Part shown: one piece after another, positions 21,049-30,005 of the stretch
Layout: every line of letters begins with the position of its first letter
Position numbering within the stretch: position 1 is the first letter of the stretch
DNA from: Longimicrobiales bacterium
GTDB lineage: Bacteria; Gemmatimonadota; Gemmatimonadetes; Longimicrobiales; Gaopeijiaceae
Direction: 5' to 3'
Length of the DNA stretch: 64,000 bases
Assembly (NCBI GenBank): GCA_965218295.1
Contig: CBDCKN010000009.1
Span: 160,001 to 224,000, forward strand
Program-made: the position numbers and the translations under genes
Notes under the pieces: model-generated
Databases searched by the model: none
Seen by the model: the letters and a program-made list of their open reading frames with translations, nothing else
Told to the model about the DNA's origin: nothing

Positions 21049-22426
21049 GAGGTTGGGTCAATAGGTGTGTAAACGTATTAGGCGGCGTTCTTCCGCTGTT
21101 GGTGTGAGACGGGCTTTCCGTCTTCGAACTTTCTTCCTTCAAATACGTCCTTGAGGAGGTGAGGAGCGTCGAGCCTTCGGAACCGCTTCTCAGCCACCAA
21201 GAGCAACTTCCAGATTAGCGCCGTAGCGCTCTCGACCCGCTTGAACCGCTTCGCTGCTGTCGTCCTGAGCCGTACCGCGGCGAACGGGCTCTCGACCACG
21301 TTCGTCGTGCGTAGATGCTTCCAGTGGTCCTCGGGGAAGTCGTAGAACGCTACCATCCGCTCCCAGTCGTCCTCGAGTACGTCCACTGCTTTCGGATACC
21401 ACGGCCTATAGCGTCGGGCGAACACCTCGCGGGCCTTCAGGGCCTCGGCCCGGCTCGGTGCGTAGACCACGGCCCGGAGAAGATCCTTCGCCTCGCCCTG
21501 CTCCCGCTGAGGTAGTCGGTCCAGCACGTTCCTCATCTTGTGGTTCCAGCACCGTTGCTCACCCGCCTCAGGCCATACCTGCCGTACTGCGCCCCAGATC
21601 GCAGCGTTACCGTCCGCCATCAGAAGCCGGGGCGCCTCGATGCCGCGTGCCTTCAGGTCCCGCAACACCTCGGACCAGGACTCGACCGACTCTCGGTAGC
21701 CCGCTCTCAGGGCCAACACCTCTTTCGTCCCGTCTCGCATGGCACCCAGCACCACCAGCAGCGCCGCTTTGTCCCGCTCCAGCCCTGCCTTCACATAGAT
21801 CCCGTCCGCCCACACGTAGACGACCTCACGACCCTCCAGGCGACGCTGGCTCCATTCCTCGAACTCCGCCGTCCATCCCGCCCGCAGCCGCCGAATCGAA
21901 GACTTCGACAGCGGTGCCCCCTCGCCCAGCAGGCCCCGCATCGCCAACTCGAAGTCTCCCTCCGCCAGTCCGTGCAGATACAGCTCCGGAAGCAGAGCGC
22001 CCAGCTCCTTCGTCCGCCTCGCGAACAACGGCAGCACGCGGCTCTCGAACCGCTCCTCAAGGCCTCGAACTCGAGGGCGTCGGAGTGTGATCGTGCCCGA
22101 GCTCATCGCCAGCCGCCTCGGCTTGCCGTATCCGTTGCGGTAGCCCTCGGTCGCGTCCACCACCCTCCTGCGCTCTGACTTCTCTCGCCCTAGCAACTCC
22201 GTGACTTCCTCCTCCAAGATCTGTTGAATGAACTCCTGCGCCTTCTCCCGAACCACTTCTTCCAGAACTTCCCACACGGGCGTCCTGGACTCACCCTCGG
22301 GTCCCACCGTATTCTTCCTCACGAGGCGTCGTTCCTTTCCCCCGGGCTGTCACCCGGAGTTCGCTGGTTATTACTCAGCGGAAAGGTACGTCGCCTCTCT
22401 TTTTACACACCCTTTGATCCTAGCTC
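21049..22426 (-). mobile_element. Complete IS256-family element, copy B, with 8-bp target duplication
   Basis: IRs GAGCTAGGATCAAAGGGTGTGTAAA and GAGGTTGGGTCAATAGGTGTGTAAA. GCGCTCGC at 21041-21048 and 22427-22434. Confidence 0.97.
21078..22322 (-). CDS. IS256 transposase (intact, 414 aa)
   Basis: RNGY, ADG, DG, C..H and TN..ES motifs. Confidence 0.95.
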   Translation of the reverse strand: MRKNTVGPEGESRTPVWEVLEEVVREKAQEFIQQILEEEVTELLGREKSERRRVVDATEGYRNGYGKPRRLAMSSGTITLRRPRVRGLEERFESRVLPLFARRTKELGALLPELYLHGLAEGDFELAMRGLLGEGAPLSKSSIRRLRAGWTAEFEEWSQRRLEGREVVYVWADGIYVKAGLERDKAALLVVLGAMRDGTKEVLALRAGYRESVESWSEVLRDLKARGIEAPRLLMADGNAAIWGAVRQVWPEAGEQRCWNHKMRNVLDRLPQREQGEAKDLLRAVVYAPSRAEALKAREVFARRYRPWYPKAVDVLEDDWERMVAFYDFPEDHWKHLRTTNVVESPFAAVRLRTTAAKRFKRVESATALIWKLLLVAEKRFRRLDAPHLLKDVFEGRKFEDGKPVSHQQRKNAA

Positions 22427-22498
22427 GCGCTCGCCTATCCGCCCCGGACCATGGACACTCGGCCGGCCGTGAAGCTGTCGAACGAGTGAAGGAGCTCT

Positions 22499-22542
22499 AT
22501 GACCGCGTTAGAACAGCAGTTGACGAAGGCCTTGCGGGCATG
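22499..22542 (+). pseudogene. MbeD-like gene start, truncated
   Basis: GGAG RBS then MTALEQQLTKALR. Lies after mbeB and inside the relaxase frame, as in ColE1. Confidence 0.55.
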
Positions 22543-22597
22543 CGGTGGCAGATGTGCATCCTTTTGCTCGCATTGAACTTACGAGCGTGACGTGCCG

Positions 22598-22625
22598 GAT
22601 TCCCGCCAATTGATTCCCGCTAATT
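22598..22625. repeat. Tandem 14-bp repeat GATTCCCGC(C/T)AATT, likely integrase arm sites
   Basis: Directly downstream of the recombinase stop, near the mbeD breakpoint. Confidence 0.5.
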
Positions 22626-22629
22626 GGGT

Positions 22630-23722
22630 TCAGGCCCGAACTCTGCGGCGGTTGTCGAGCGCGTTCCTGAGCTGGTCCTCGTCGGCGTGCTGGTAGCACT
22701 GGAGCACTGTTCTGGCCGTCTTCCAGCCCCCAAGCTCGCACAGCACCTTGAGCGGCTGGTCCATGAGGTCCGAAGCGAACTTCCGCCTCAGCGAGTGCCA
22801 GCCTCTGCGGTGCTTCGGCTCCAGCCCCGCGAGCCTCTCCGCTCTCCTCCACCAGGAGCGCGCCCGCCCGGAGCGCACGCACGTCGAAGGATTCCCGGGC
22901 GCGGGTAACACAAGCGCGTCGCCGATCCCAGGGTTCCTCTTTCGCGCCTCTTCCAAGACGACGATCGCCTCGATGGTCACCGGCGTCCGGTGTTCGTAGC
23001 CGGACTTCTCGTGCTCGGCCCTCCACCGGATGATTCCGCCTTCCATGTCGATGTCCGACCACCGGAGCTTACGGATGGCACCGATGCGGTGTCCCGTCTC
23101 GTGCACGAGCACCAGCGCGACGCGAAATCGCCAGTCGACTTGGCGGGACACCTCTAGAAGCGCCAGGTATTCCTCCTCCACGAGGACGACCCGGGTCGGG
23201 TTCTTCTCCTTGGGCGTCTTCAGACCCTGCAGCGGGTTCGAATCGAGGAGCAGGCGGCCCTGCTCGTCCCTCGACTTCGCGGCCCAGTTGAGGATCGCCA
23301 GCAGTAGCTTCAGGTCCTGTTGGATTGTTCGATCCGATACGGGCCTTTCGCTCGGGCCGACCCGCCCCGCCCGTCGTTCCCTGATGAACCTGTCCCAGTC
23401 GCGCTGGGAGAGCGTTGCCGGGCTGCGGTCCCGTCCGAAGAACCCAAGGAACATCCGCATCGCGGCCCTGTCGTGCCGCCGCGATTGCCTGCCCTTGGTG
23501 GGCGTCACCTCTTCACCGTAGATGTCAAAAAGCGTCTCCAGCGTGGGCGGCTCGGGCTCGGCTTCCGCTCCGCCCCCGATCTCCGGCCCGGCGAAGCCTG
23601 CGGCGAACTCGTCCGCCTGCCTCTTCGCCCGTGCCCAGTCGCGGTGCTTGAGCGATTTGCTCAGCCTGCGCCCGTTCTCGCGCCACTCGATCTGGAGCAG
23701 GCCAGTCTTGGGATCGGGAAAT
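22630..23722 (-). CDS. Tyrosine recombinase/integrase, native N-terminus probably lost
   Basis: ETGHRIGAI, EK, WHSLRR, LGGW and CY. Codon style changes abruptly upstream of FPDPKTG. Confidence 0.85.
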
Positions 23723-23857
23723 TCGCGAGACAATCGTTTCGCGTTGATTCCCAAGTCGTCCCATATGTACCCGTAACTTACTGTAATCACGCCATTTGAG
23801 TACGCTAACGATGTGATGTTGTCGTATCGCGAGTTCTTGTGTAATCCCACGTAATCG

Positions 23858-23890
23858 CATGCCATCCCACATTCGTTGTGGGATGGCATG
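23858..23890. promoter_or_regulatory. 14-bp inverted repeat CATGCCATCCCACA upstream of integrase 2 (att/arm or operator)
   Basis: Perfect arms with a 5-nt loop. A related TGCCATCCC...TGTGGGGATG precedes integrase 1. Confidence 0.45.
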
Positions 23891-23946
23891 TGGGGCGCAT
23901 TCCCCTCCGCCATGCTTCGGGTTCAACCACGAGACGGGAGGAAGTC

Positions 23947-25107
23947 GTGAGACCGCTGACGGCCGTGTTCGTCAAGTCCGTTGCGAAACCGGGGAAGTAC
24001 GGGGACCGGCACGGCCTGATCCTCCAGGTGCGCCCGACCGGGAGCAAGTACTGGTTCTGGCGCGGGACGGTCGGGGGGAAGCGCGTGGACTACGGCATCG
24101 GCTCGTATCCGTACACCTCGTTGGCGGAGGCGCGCCAGACGGCGTTCGAGTATCGCAGGCTGTCCAAGACGGGGGCCGATCCCAAGGCGCTGAACACCGC
24201 TCCGATCTTCGAGGAGGCCTTCGAGAAGGTTCTCGCAATCCACCGCACGACGTGGAAGCCGGGAAGCCGTACCGAGGAGCAATGGCGCAGGGAGTTGACG
24301 GTCTACGCCTTCCCCCACATCGGGAAGAAGCGGGTCAACGAAGTCACGACGGCCGACGTGATGCGTCTGCTGCTCGCCGACCACCTCTGGACCGAGAAGC
24401 CCGTCGTCGCCAAGCGTCTCCGGCAGCGGATCGGGGCGGTCATGAAGTGGGCGGTGGCCCAGGGCTACCGGGAGAACAACCCGGCGGGTGACGCGGTCGG
24501 GGCGGTCCTTCCCAAGCACAACGGGAGCCCGGCGCACTTCAGGGCTCTGCCACACCGGCGGGTTGGTGAAGCGATCGCCACGGTGCGCGAGTCGAGCACA
24601 TGGCGGGGGATCAAGCTGGGCTTCGAGTTCATGGTCCTGACCGCCGCCCGCAGTGTCGAGGTTCGGCTGGCGACGTGGGACGAGATCGACATGGACGCGG
24701 CACGCTGGACGGTCCCGCCGGAGCACATGAAGGCCAAGCGCGAGCACAGGGTGCCGCTTTCGCACCGGGCGGTCGAGTTGCTCGGCGAGGCCGCCGAACG
24801 GTTCGGCAGCGAGGTCCTGCTCTTTCCCGGACCGACGGGAAAGCCGTTCAGCGGGACCTCGGTCTACAAGATGCTGACGAGGTTGGCCGTCCCGTCGACC
24901 GCGCACGGCTTCCGGTCGTCGTTCCGGGACTGGGCGGCAGAGGAGACCGACCATCCCCGGGAGGTCGTCGAGGCGGCGCTGGCGCATGTCGTGAAGAACA
25001 AGGTGGAGGCGGCGTACCGGCGCACGGACCTGTTCGAGCGGCGTCGTCGGCTGATGGACGAGTGGGCGGAGTATCTGGCGGGCGGGAGAGCGAGTACCGA
25101 GACGTGA
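23947..25107 (+). CDS. int: Second P4-like tyrosine integrase
   Basis: KPGKYGDRHGL..GSYP.TSLAEAR, TAAR, HGFR, LAH and AYRR. GTG start after GGAGG. Confidence 0.93.
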   Translation: MRPLTAVFVKSVAKPGKYGDRHGLILQVRPTGSKYWFWRGTVGGKRVDYGIGSYPYTSLAEARQTAFEYRRLSKTGADPKALNTAPIFEEAFEKVLAIHRTTWKPGSRTEEQWRRELTVYAFPHIGKKRVNEVTTADVMRLLLADHLWTEKPVVAKRLRQRIGAVMKWAVAQGYRENNPAGDAVGAVLPKHNGSPAHFRALPHRRVGEAIATVRESSTWRGIKLGFEFMVLTAARSVEVRLATWDEIDMDAARWTVPPEHMKAKREHRVPLSHRAVELLGEAAERFGSEVLLFPGPTGKPFSGTSVYKMLTRLAVPSTAHGFRSSFRDWAAEETDHPREVVEAALAHVVKNKVEAAYRRTDLFERRRRLMDEWAEYLAGGRASTET

Positions 25108-25411
25108 ACGGACGTGACGCCGCCTCCCCAACGGGCTCTGAGGCCGTTTTTCGGGTGTACAGGGGCATTTCGGGGAAGCTACGGGCCGCAGAATCGCCCA
25201 GGATCGACGATCGCCGGTCCCCGAGGGGTATGATGGGGTAGGGCGGAACGCGACCGCACGAAGGGAGCGCCGCCATCGCCGAGGGTGACGTGGTCGCTTT
25301 CTGCCTCGCCGTCCGTGAGGCTGCCGGCCAAGAGGCCGGGGGAGGTGGACCGTGACGGCCCGGTGCCCGCCGTTCCGGGCGGTGCCCGGAGAGGCGTTTT
25401 CGGAGGCGTCC

Positions 25412-25456
25412 GCAGGGCTGGCGGAGGGGGGTTCACCCCCCCCCCTCGATCCCCCC
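25412..25456 (+). other. Partial oriT-like motif (third copy)
   Basis: GCAGGGCTGGCGGAGGGGGG..CCCCCTCGATCCCCCC resembles the distal half of the other two copies. Confidence 0.4.
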
Positions 25457-25571
25457 AAGACGGTTCCGCGCCCGGCGTTCGGTAGGCGTCAGCTCTCGCC
25501 ATCAGCGCGGCACTCCCGACGCCGTCCACCTGCGAGACTCGATCCGTGCGCGCCCCCTTTGGCAAGGGCTC

Positions 25572-25732
25572 TCAGGCCACGACACGGTGGATTCGCCGCT
25601 TGGGATCGCCCGAGAGAACAGCGATCACCTCCGGGACGAGGGGTAGCAGTTCCTGCAACCGGGTGCGGCCGGCGATCATGATGACGACGGGGATCGGCAG
25701 ATCCCGGACGCTCTGCTGATACGCGAAGCCTT
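25572..25732 (-). pseudogene. C-terminal fragment of a DUF5615/VapC45-like PIN protein
   Basis: GFAYQQSVRDLPIPVVIM...RLQELLPLVPEV, cut at the IS1595 end. Confidence 0.6.
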
Positions 25733-25882
25733 GGTAATTATATACCCCTTGCACGACAACTGCGGGTCAGTTAGCGTGGGGTATGAATCTGAGAGGTTGG
25801 CTTGGCAGGCCATACACTGCGGTGTGTGGTCTCGCAATGTTCACGGGTTTGTTGGTCGATTTTCAGGGTGCGGCCTCCTAAG

Positions 25883-26279
25883 ATGTCCAAGGTCGTGCCT
25901 GTTCTTGCGGCGTTCCTCCCTATAATAGCTATAGGTGGAACGACGTTCTTTGGGCTTTGGTCAATAACGTCTATTTGGACGTTCCTTTAGGTCACGGCGC
26001 CCTGCTGCGAGGTTTGGAACATACTATCACACTGTGGTTCAATGCCGTGATGCCGCCAGGTTCGCGATGGAATGTTCCACGCACAGTGCAGAACTGTATG
26101 CTGACTTGCGGCAACTTTCCGAAATATTGGGAAGGTTGGGCATAGAGTGTCCATCCGTATTCCCAGATGACCAGAAATATTCAAGCATATGGTTCGCCTT
26201 TCTGACTGAATTGAGCTCACTGGCTTTCCATGGAGATTTGACCAAAGCGCGCAGGCTAAAAAAGTTGATGTCCCTGTGA
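25883..26279 (+). pseudogene. Low-GC passenger membrane-protein gene, frameshifted at about 25985
   Basis: Removing one T in CCTTTAGG joins MSKVVPVLAAFL..WTFL to RSRRPAARFG..KKLMSL. Confidence 0.5.
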
Positions 26280-26290
26280 ACAGACAGATG

Positions 26291-27199
26291 TTACGCGGCG
26301 GCTGTCAGCTCGCGGTACCGGAGGGCCTGGCCGTCCAGGAGACGGATCAGGACGGCCTCGAAGATGTAGGGGTTGTTCCGGTGGTTGATCCTGAACTCGA
26401 CTTCGGACAGGTAGGCGTCCAGGTGCTTGGCGCTGACCTGGTGCCATGCTCCGACGATGGAGCGCTTGAGAAGGCTCCAGACACCCTCTACGCTGTTCGT
26501 GTGGACATCTCCGACCACCCACTCCTCTTCGGAGTGTTTGACCGTCTCATGGCGCGTGTCGTGATCGGCGATCCCGAGGTAGGACTTAAGCTCGTCGGTG
26601 TAGATGGCCTCGGTGTCGGACCGCGTGTTCCTGGCGATGAAGGCGTGGAGCGTGGCCCGCTTGATGTTGGGGACCACCTCGATACGCACCTCGCCGCCAC
26701 GCTGGACGGCTCCGGCGACCCACGTCTTGCCGACGCGGTTGCCGGTACCGACGCCGCGCCTCTTGCCGCCGACCAGGGTCTCGTCCACCTCGACCACGCC
26801 GAACAGGGTCGGCCCGCCCGAGAGATTGCCCCGCATGGCCGACCGGATACGATGGCACAGGTGCCACGCGGTCTTGTAGGTGACGCCGATCGTCCGCTTG
26901 ATCTGGTTCGCGCTGATGCTCTTCTTCGACTCGCAGACCAGGTAGATCGTTACGAACCACTTCCAGAGCGGAAGGTTCGTGTTGTCGAAGATGGTTCCCG
27001 AAGTAACGCTGAAGCGGTAGCGGCACCCGTTGCAGTCGAACTGGTCGCGGGTGCTGATCTCCGAGACGGACATGTCGCCGCAGCGCGGGCAAGCAACCGC
27101 CCCCGACCAGCGCAGCTTCTCAAGGTATTCGCGGCAAGTCTCTTCGTCGCGGAACTTTTCGATCAACGAAATCAGATTGATTCTGGAGGTGTCAACCAT
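26291..27199 (-). CDS. IS1595 transposase
   Basis: Zn ribbon CPRCG..CNGC, VEVDET, IYTDE, HTNSVEG and YLSEVEFR. Confidence 0.95.
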   Translation of the reverse strand: MVDTSRINLISLIEKFRDEETCREYLEKLRWSGAVACPRCGDMSVSEISTRDQFDCNGCRYRFSVTSGTIFDNTNLPLWKWFVTIYLVCESKKSISANQIKRTIGVTYKTAWHLCHRIRSAMRGNLSGGPTLFGVVEVDETLVGGKRRGVGTGNRVGKTWVAGAVQRGGEVRIEVVPNIKRATLHAFIARNTRSDTEAIYTDELKSYLGIADHDTRHETVKHSEEEWVVGDVHTNSVEGVWSLLKRSIVGAWHQVSAKHLDAYLSEVEFRINHRNNPYIFEAVLIRLLDGQALRYRELTAAA

Positions 27200-27344
27200 G
27201 GGTCATACCCGGCGTAAAGAGGACAAGCTACCGAAGGACGTAAGGCACCTAACGGGCGACCAGGTGATGGAGAAGTTGTTCTCTAAGAAAGTGGCTAAAG
27301 AACTGAAGAAGGTCGCCCATGAGAAGGGCCGGAAAGCGAAGTGA
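27198..27344 (+). CDS. Small basic hypothetical protein (48 aa), divergent from the transposase
   Basis: GGAGGT RBS. MGHTRRKEDKLPKDVRHLTGDQVMEKLFSKKVAKELKKVAHEKGRKAK. Confidence 0.5.
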   Translation: MGHTRRKEDKLPKDVRHLTGDQVMEKLFSKKVAKELKKVAHEKGRKAK

Positions 27345-27439
27345 ATATCCATACACTGAATCTAATACAACCGGCCCTGCCGTGCAAGGGGTATATAATT
27401 ACCTAGATCTAACCGCGCGTGGGTGCATCTACCGAAACC

Positions 27440-27532
27440 CCAGATCCATGTCGCCTCGACCACCATGCGGCGGGCATGGCTGTCGCCAGTCTTGGCGAAT
27501 CGCCCCACGGTGGCCTGATCACTACGATCCAT
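27440..27532 (-). pseudogene. IS110-family transposase C-terminal remnant
   Basis: GRFAKTGDSHARRMVVEATW resembles the G.ITK.GN...R.LLVEAAW motif. Confidence 0.5.
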
Positions 27533-27705
27533 CGCAACTCAATCTGTACTCACGCGTATCCCCAACTCTTCGGGCTCCAGCCGGATCGGCGGTGCGCCCG
27601 CGTACATGTGTGCACTTACATTCACAAAAGAGCCCTTCACGGACCGGACCGATCCGTCAGGCAGTTGGGTCAATAGCTTCACGTTCGAAGGCGTTAAGTC
27701 GCAGA

Positions 27706-27795
27706 GAGGCGGTGCCCCACGGATTTCGCACGTCGTTCCGGATCTGGTGCGGCGACACCGGAGTAGCCAGAGAGGTCGCGGAGGCAGCACTGGCC
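27706..27795 (+). pseudogene. Fragment of a third P4-like integrase
   Basis: AVPHGFRTSFRIWCGDTGVAREVAEAALA. Confidence 0.75.
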
Positions 27796-28030
27796 ATCCG
27801 CTCCCAGTCGTCCTCGAGTACGTCCACCGCTTTCGGATACCACGGCCTGTAGCGTCTGGCGAACGCCTCACGGGCCCTCACCGCCTCGGCCCGGCTCGGT
27901 GCGTAGACCACGGCGGCCCTGAGAAGATCCTTCGCCTCGCTCTGCTCCCGCTGCGGCAGCCGGTCCAGCACGTTCCTCATCTTGTGGTTCCAGCACCGTT
28001 GCTCGCCCGCCTCAGGCCATACCTGCCGTA
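27794..28030 (-). mobile_element. Internal IS256 fragment (isoform matching the 46101 copy)
   Basis: QREQSEAKDLL and AEAVRAREAF variants are shared with the 46 kb copy. Confidence 0.88.
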
Positions 28031-28774
28031 GATGAGGGCATTCCCCCGGGCAAGATGCTTGTTGCGCTGGGGACTCTGGTGAACAACCTCAATTTGTTCA
28101 CGGTAATCCCAAAGGGGAGTGAGGTCTTTCGCGCGCGGGTGCATGACGAAACGCTGTCTATATCTACTGCGGAGGAGATGGGGCCGCCGCCGAGGAAATC
28201 TGCCAACCTTTCGAATCGTATGAGCCCGGCCGGAATATCGATGTTCTATGGTGCATTCGATCGAGAAACCGCACTACGGGAGACATTTGACCCTGATCGA
28301 GGTGTTGGAAAAGTCGCGACAGTAGCCACCTCTTGTGCCAATCGAGATCTCCTCACGCTGGATCTCACAGGCCTGCCGGCGCTTCCAAGTCCGTTTGATC
28401 GCGCTAACCGTCACCTACGAAGACGCTTGAGTTTCCTGTACGAGTTCGTCGACGACTTCTCACGCCCCGTTGGGCGGGATGGCCGCGAGCACGTCGAGTA
28501 CGTCCCCACCCAGGTCGTCACTGAATTCGTTCGGCACCGACATCGTGCACCTCAAGATGCCTCCGTGGATGGGATCGTCTACACTAGTTCGAGGGAGGGG
28601 GGTGGCAAAGCAGTAGTCTTGTTTCTTTCTCCCGAAGAGTGTGGACCGCGACAGGCGAAGAGCAACTGGGATCCCGAGGAGGCCTTAAGATTGAAGGGCA
28701 CAGAGAGGTTGGGGCCGGACACCCTCATCCCCATGCTTGAGACCGGTTCGGATTCGAGATCGAAGTCGTGCTGA
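28031..28774 (+). pseudogene. RES-domain protein, probably 5'-truncated
   Basis: FRAR, NRMSPAGISMFYGA, EYVPTQ and DGIVYTSS. Confidence 0.8.
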
Positions 28775-28820
28775 TTCGAATCGGTGTCAAGCAGGTGGTC
28801 CTCCTCTCGGAGGCTGTAGT

Positions 28821-30005
28821 CTAACCGATGAGGGATGCTGTCTTTGCGTCGTAGGAATACCGGGTGATCGTTCCCTCCCTGATCTTCTCGACGGCTTCGT
28901 CGATCACGCTGAGTGGCACCAGGAACCATTCGCGCGGGACGACAGGGTTGCCGAAGCGATCTTTGATTTCGATCTCAAGGCGCGCGGAGGCGAAGACGCG
29001 GTGGATCAAGTGTTCCAGCTTGCTGCGACTGATGTTGTATAGCCTGTAAGTGGCGACTTCCTCGACATCCGCCATGAGGAAGGTTGGATCATGCCTCGCG
29101 CCGGCGATGCGCTCCTGAACGCTGCCACTGGTGACGCCGATCTTGTGGATCAGATCGCGGTGCTCTGAAAAGAACGGAAGATCGGACTTGCTCCGCAGCA
29201 CGTAGATCGTGCCGCTCGCCTCGTCGCCGTCCGCAGTGTGATCGGCGAAGAGCGGTCCTGCCGTCGGTTCGGTGATCCGCCGGCCCGCTTGGTCCTTGTG
29301 GAGCGCCCGCTGAAGGGAGCGCCGGAGCATGTTGTTTTCGGTGCCGTTGTCGAAGATGACGCGAAGGCGCGCGTCCTTGTCACCGTACTCCTGCGTGAAC
29401 ACTTGTCCCATCTCGGCGACGTAGGCTTTCTGGCCACCCACGACGAAGAACCGGCCGGGCTCGATCTCCGCCTTCCGTTCGAAGGGCCGGGTGTCGCGAA
29501 TGCCCGCGTCGAGCTCCTTCTGGACTTGCTCGAAGAGCGGTCGGTAGTGATTGAAGTCCTCGCACCTCGTCTGGCTCGCGATCTCCACCGCCGCCCGTTT
29601 CTCGGCACTTGACCGCACATGGTGCAGCTCGGTGATGTCCGGCGCCGTGGTATGGACGCCGAGCTCGGCCAGGAGCGCGGCGTCGTCCATCGCGTCCGGG
29701 CGTGGCTTCGCCACTCCGGCGCCACCACTTAGCAATCCCTGCCGATCCAGCGGCACGAGGAGCGTCCGGCATTCGTCCTGCTCGAGGATCCGGTCCAGCT
29801 GCACGGCACAGAGTCGTTCGAAAATGTCGCGGTTCTCGCCGCGCTCGGGGGCGTGACCGTACGTATCGACGAAGCGTTGGATCTCCTCGAAGCCCGCGAT
29901 GATCCGCTCTTCACGGGCCGTGCGCCGGGCAACCTTCTTGGGTTCGACTTCGACGCCGAGTTCGGTGAGAAGGGCGTCGTCCTCGTCCGTGAACTCTCTA
30001 GTCAT
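28821..30005 (-). CDS. yeeC: YeeC-like GIY-YIG/T5orf172 nuclease
   Basis: GTIYVLRS, HKIGVT...RI, LE..IHRVF and PREWF. Confidence 0.88.
   Translation of the reverse strand: MTREFTDEDDALLTELGVEVEPKKVARRTAREERIIAGFEEIQRFVDTYGHAPERGENRDIFERLCAVQLDRILEQDECRTLLVPLDRQGLLSGGAGVAKPRPDAMDDAALLAELGVHTTAPDITELHHVRSSAEKRAAVEIASQTRCEDFNHYRPLFEQVQKELDAGIRDTRPFERKAEIEPGRFFVVGGQKAYVAEMGQVFTQEYGDKDARLRVIFDNGTENNMLRRSLQRALHKDQAGRRITEPTAGPLFADHTADGDEASGTIYVLRSKSDLPFFSEHRDLIHKIGVTSGSVQERIAGARHDPTFLMADVEEVATYRLYNISRSKLEHLIHRVFASARLEIEIKDRFGNPVVPREWFLVPLSVIDEAVEKIREGTITRYSYDAKTASLIG

Larger units (their letters stand above)
20609..22489 (+). pseudogene. mobB: MbeB-like mobilisation protein nested in the relaxase gene, interrupted by IS256
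   Basis: Coiled coil plus TM segment and TWGITL..GERFVVLPAG. Resumes after the IS as YPP..RPAVKLSNE*. Confidence 0.7.
19870..22590 (+). pseudogene. mobA: MbeA-like (MOB-P5) relaxase interrupted by IS256
   Basis: MHIKFLARGTG..ADYLLG, KYTSGV, H..HVH. Frame resumes after the IS as LSAPDHG..ELYDRVRTAVDEG. Confidence 0.85.
25733..27403 (-). mobile_element. IS1595-family element carrying a passenger gene
   Basis: Perfect 23-bp IRs GGTAATTATATACCCCTTGCACG at 25733-25755 and 27381-27403. No target duplication seen. Confidence 0.93.

Noticed and set aside
1..22426. Composite transposon bounded by IS256 copies A and B
   Set aside because: Copy B has its own target duplication inside the mob genes, so it inserted independently.
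23723..23913. N-terminal extension of the 427-aa recombinase ORF
   Set aside because: This is AT-richer att-like DNA read through by chance and does not resemble an integrase N-terminus.
23923..25458. Long antisense or alternate-frame ORFs (this 511-aa ORF, 14688-15788, 62642-63832 and many others)
   Set aside because: These are shadow ORFs of well-supported genes in high-GC DNA, with Arg/Pro/Gly-rich sequence and no motifs.
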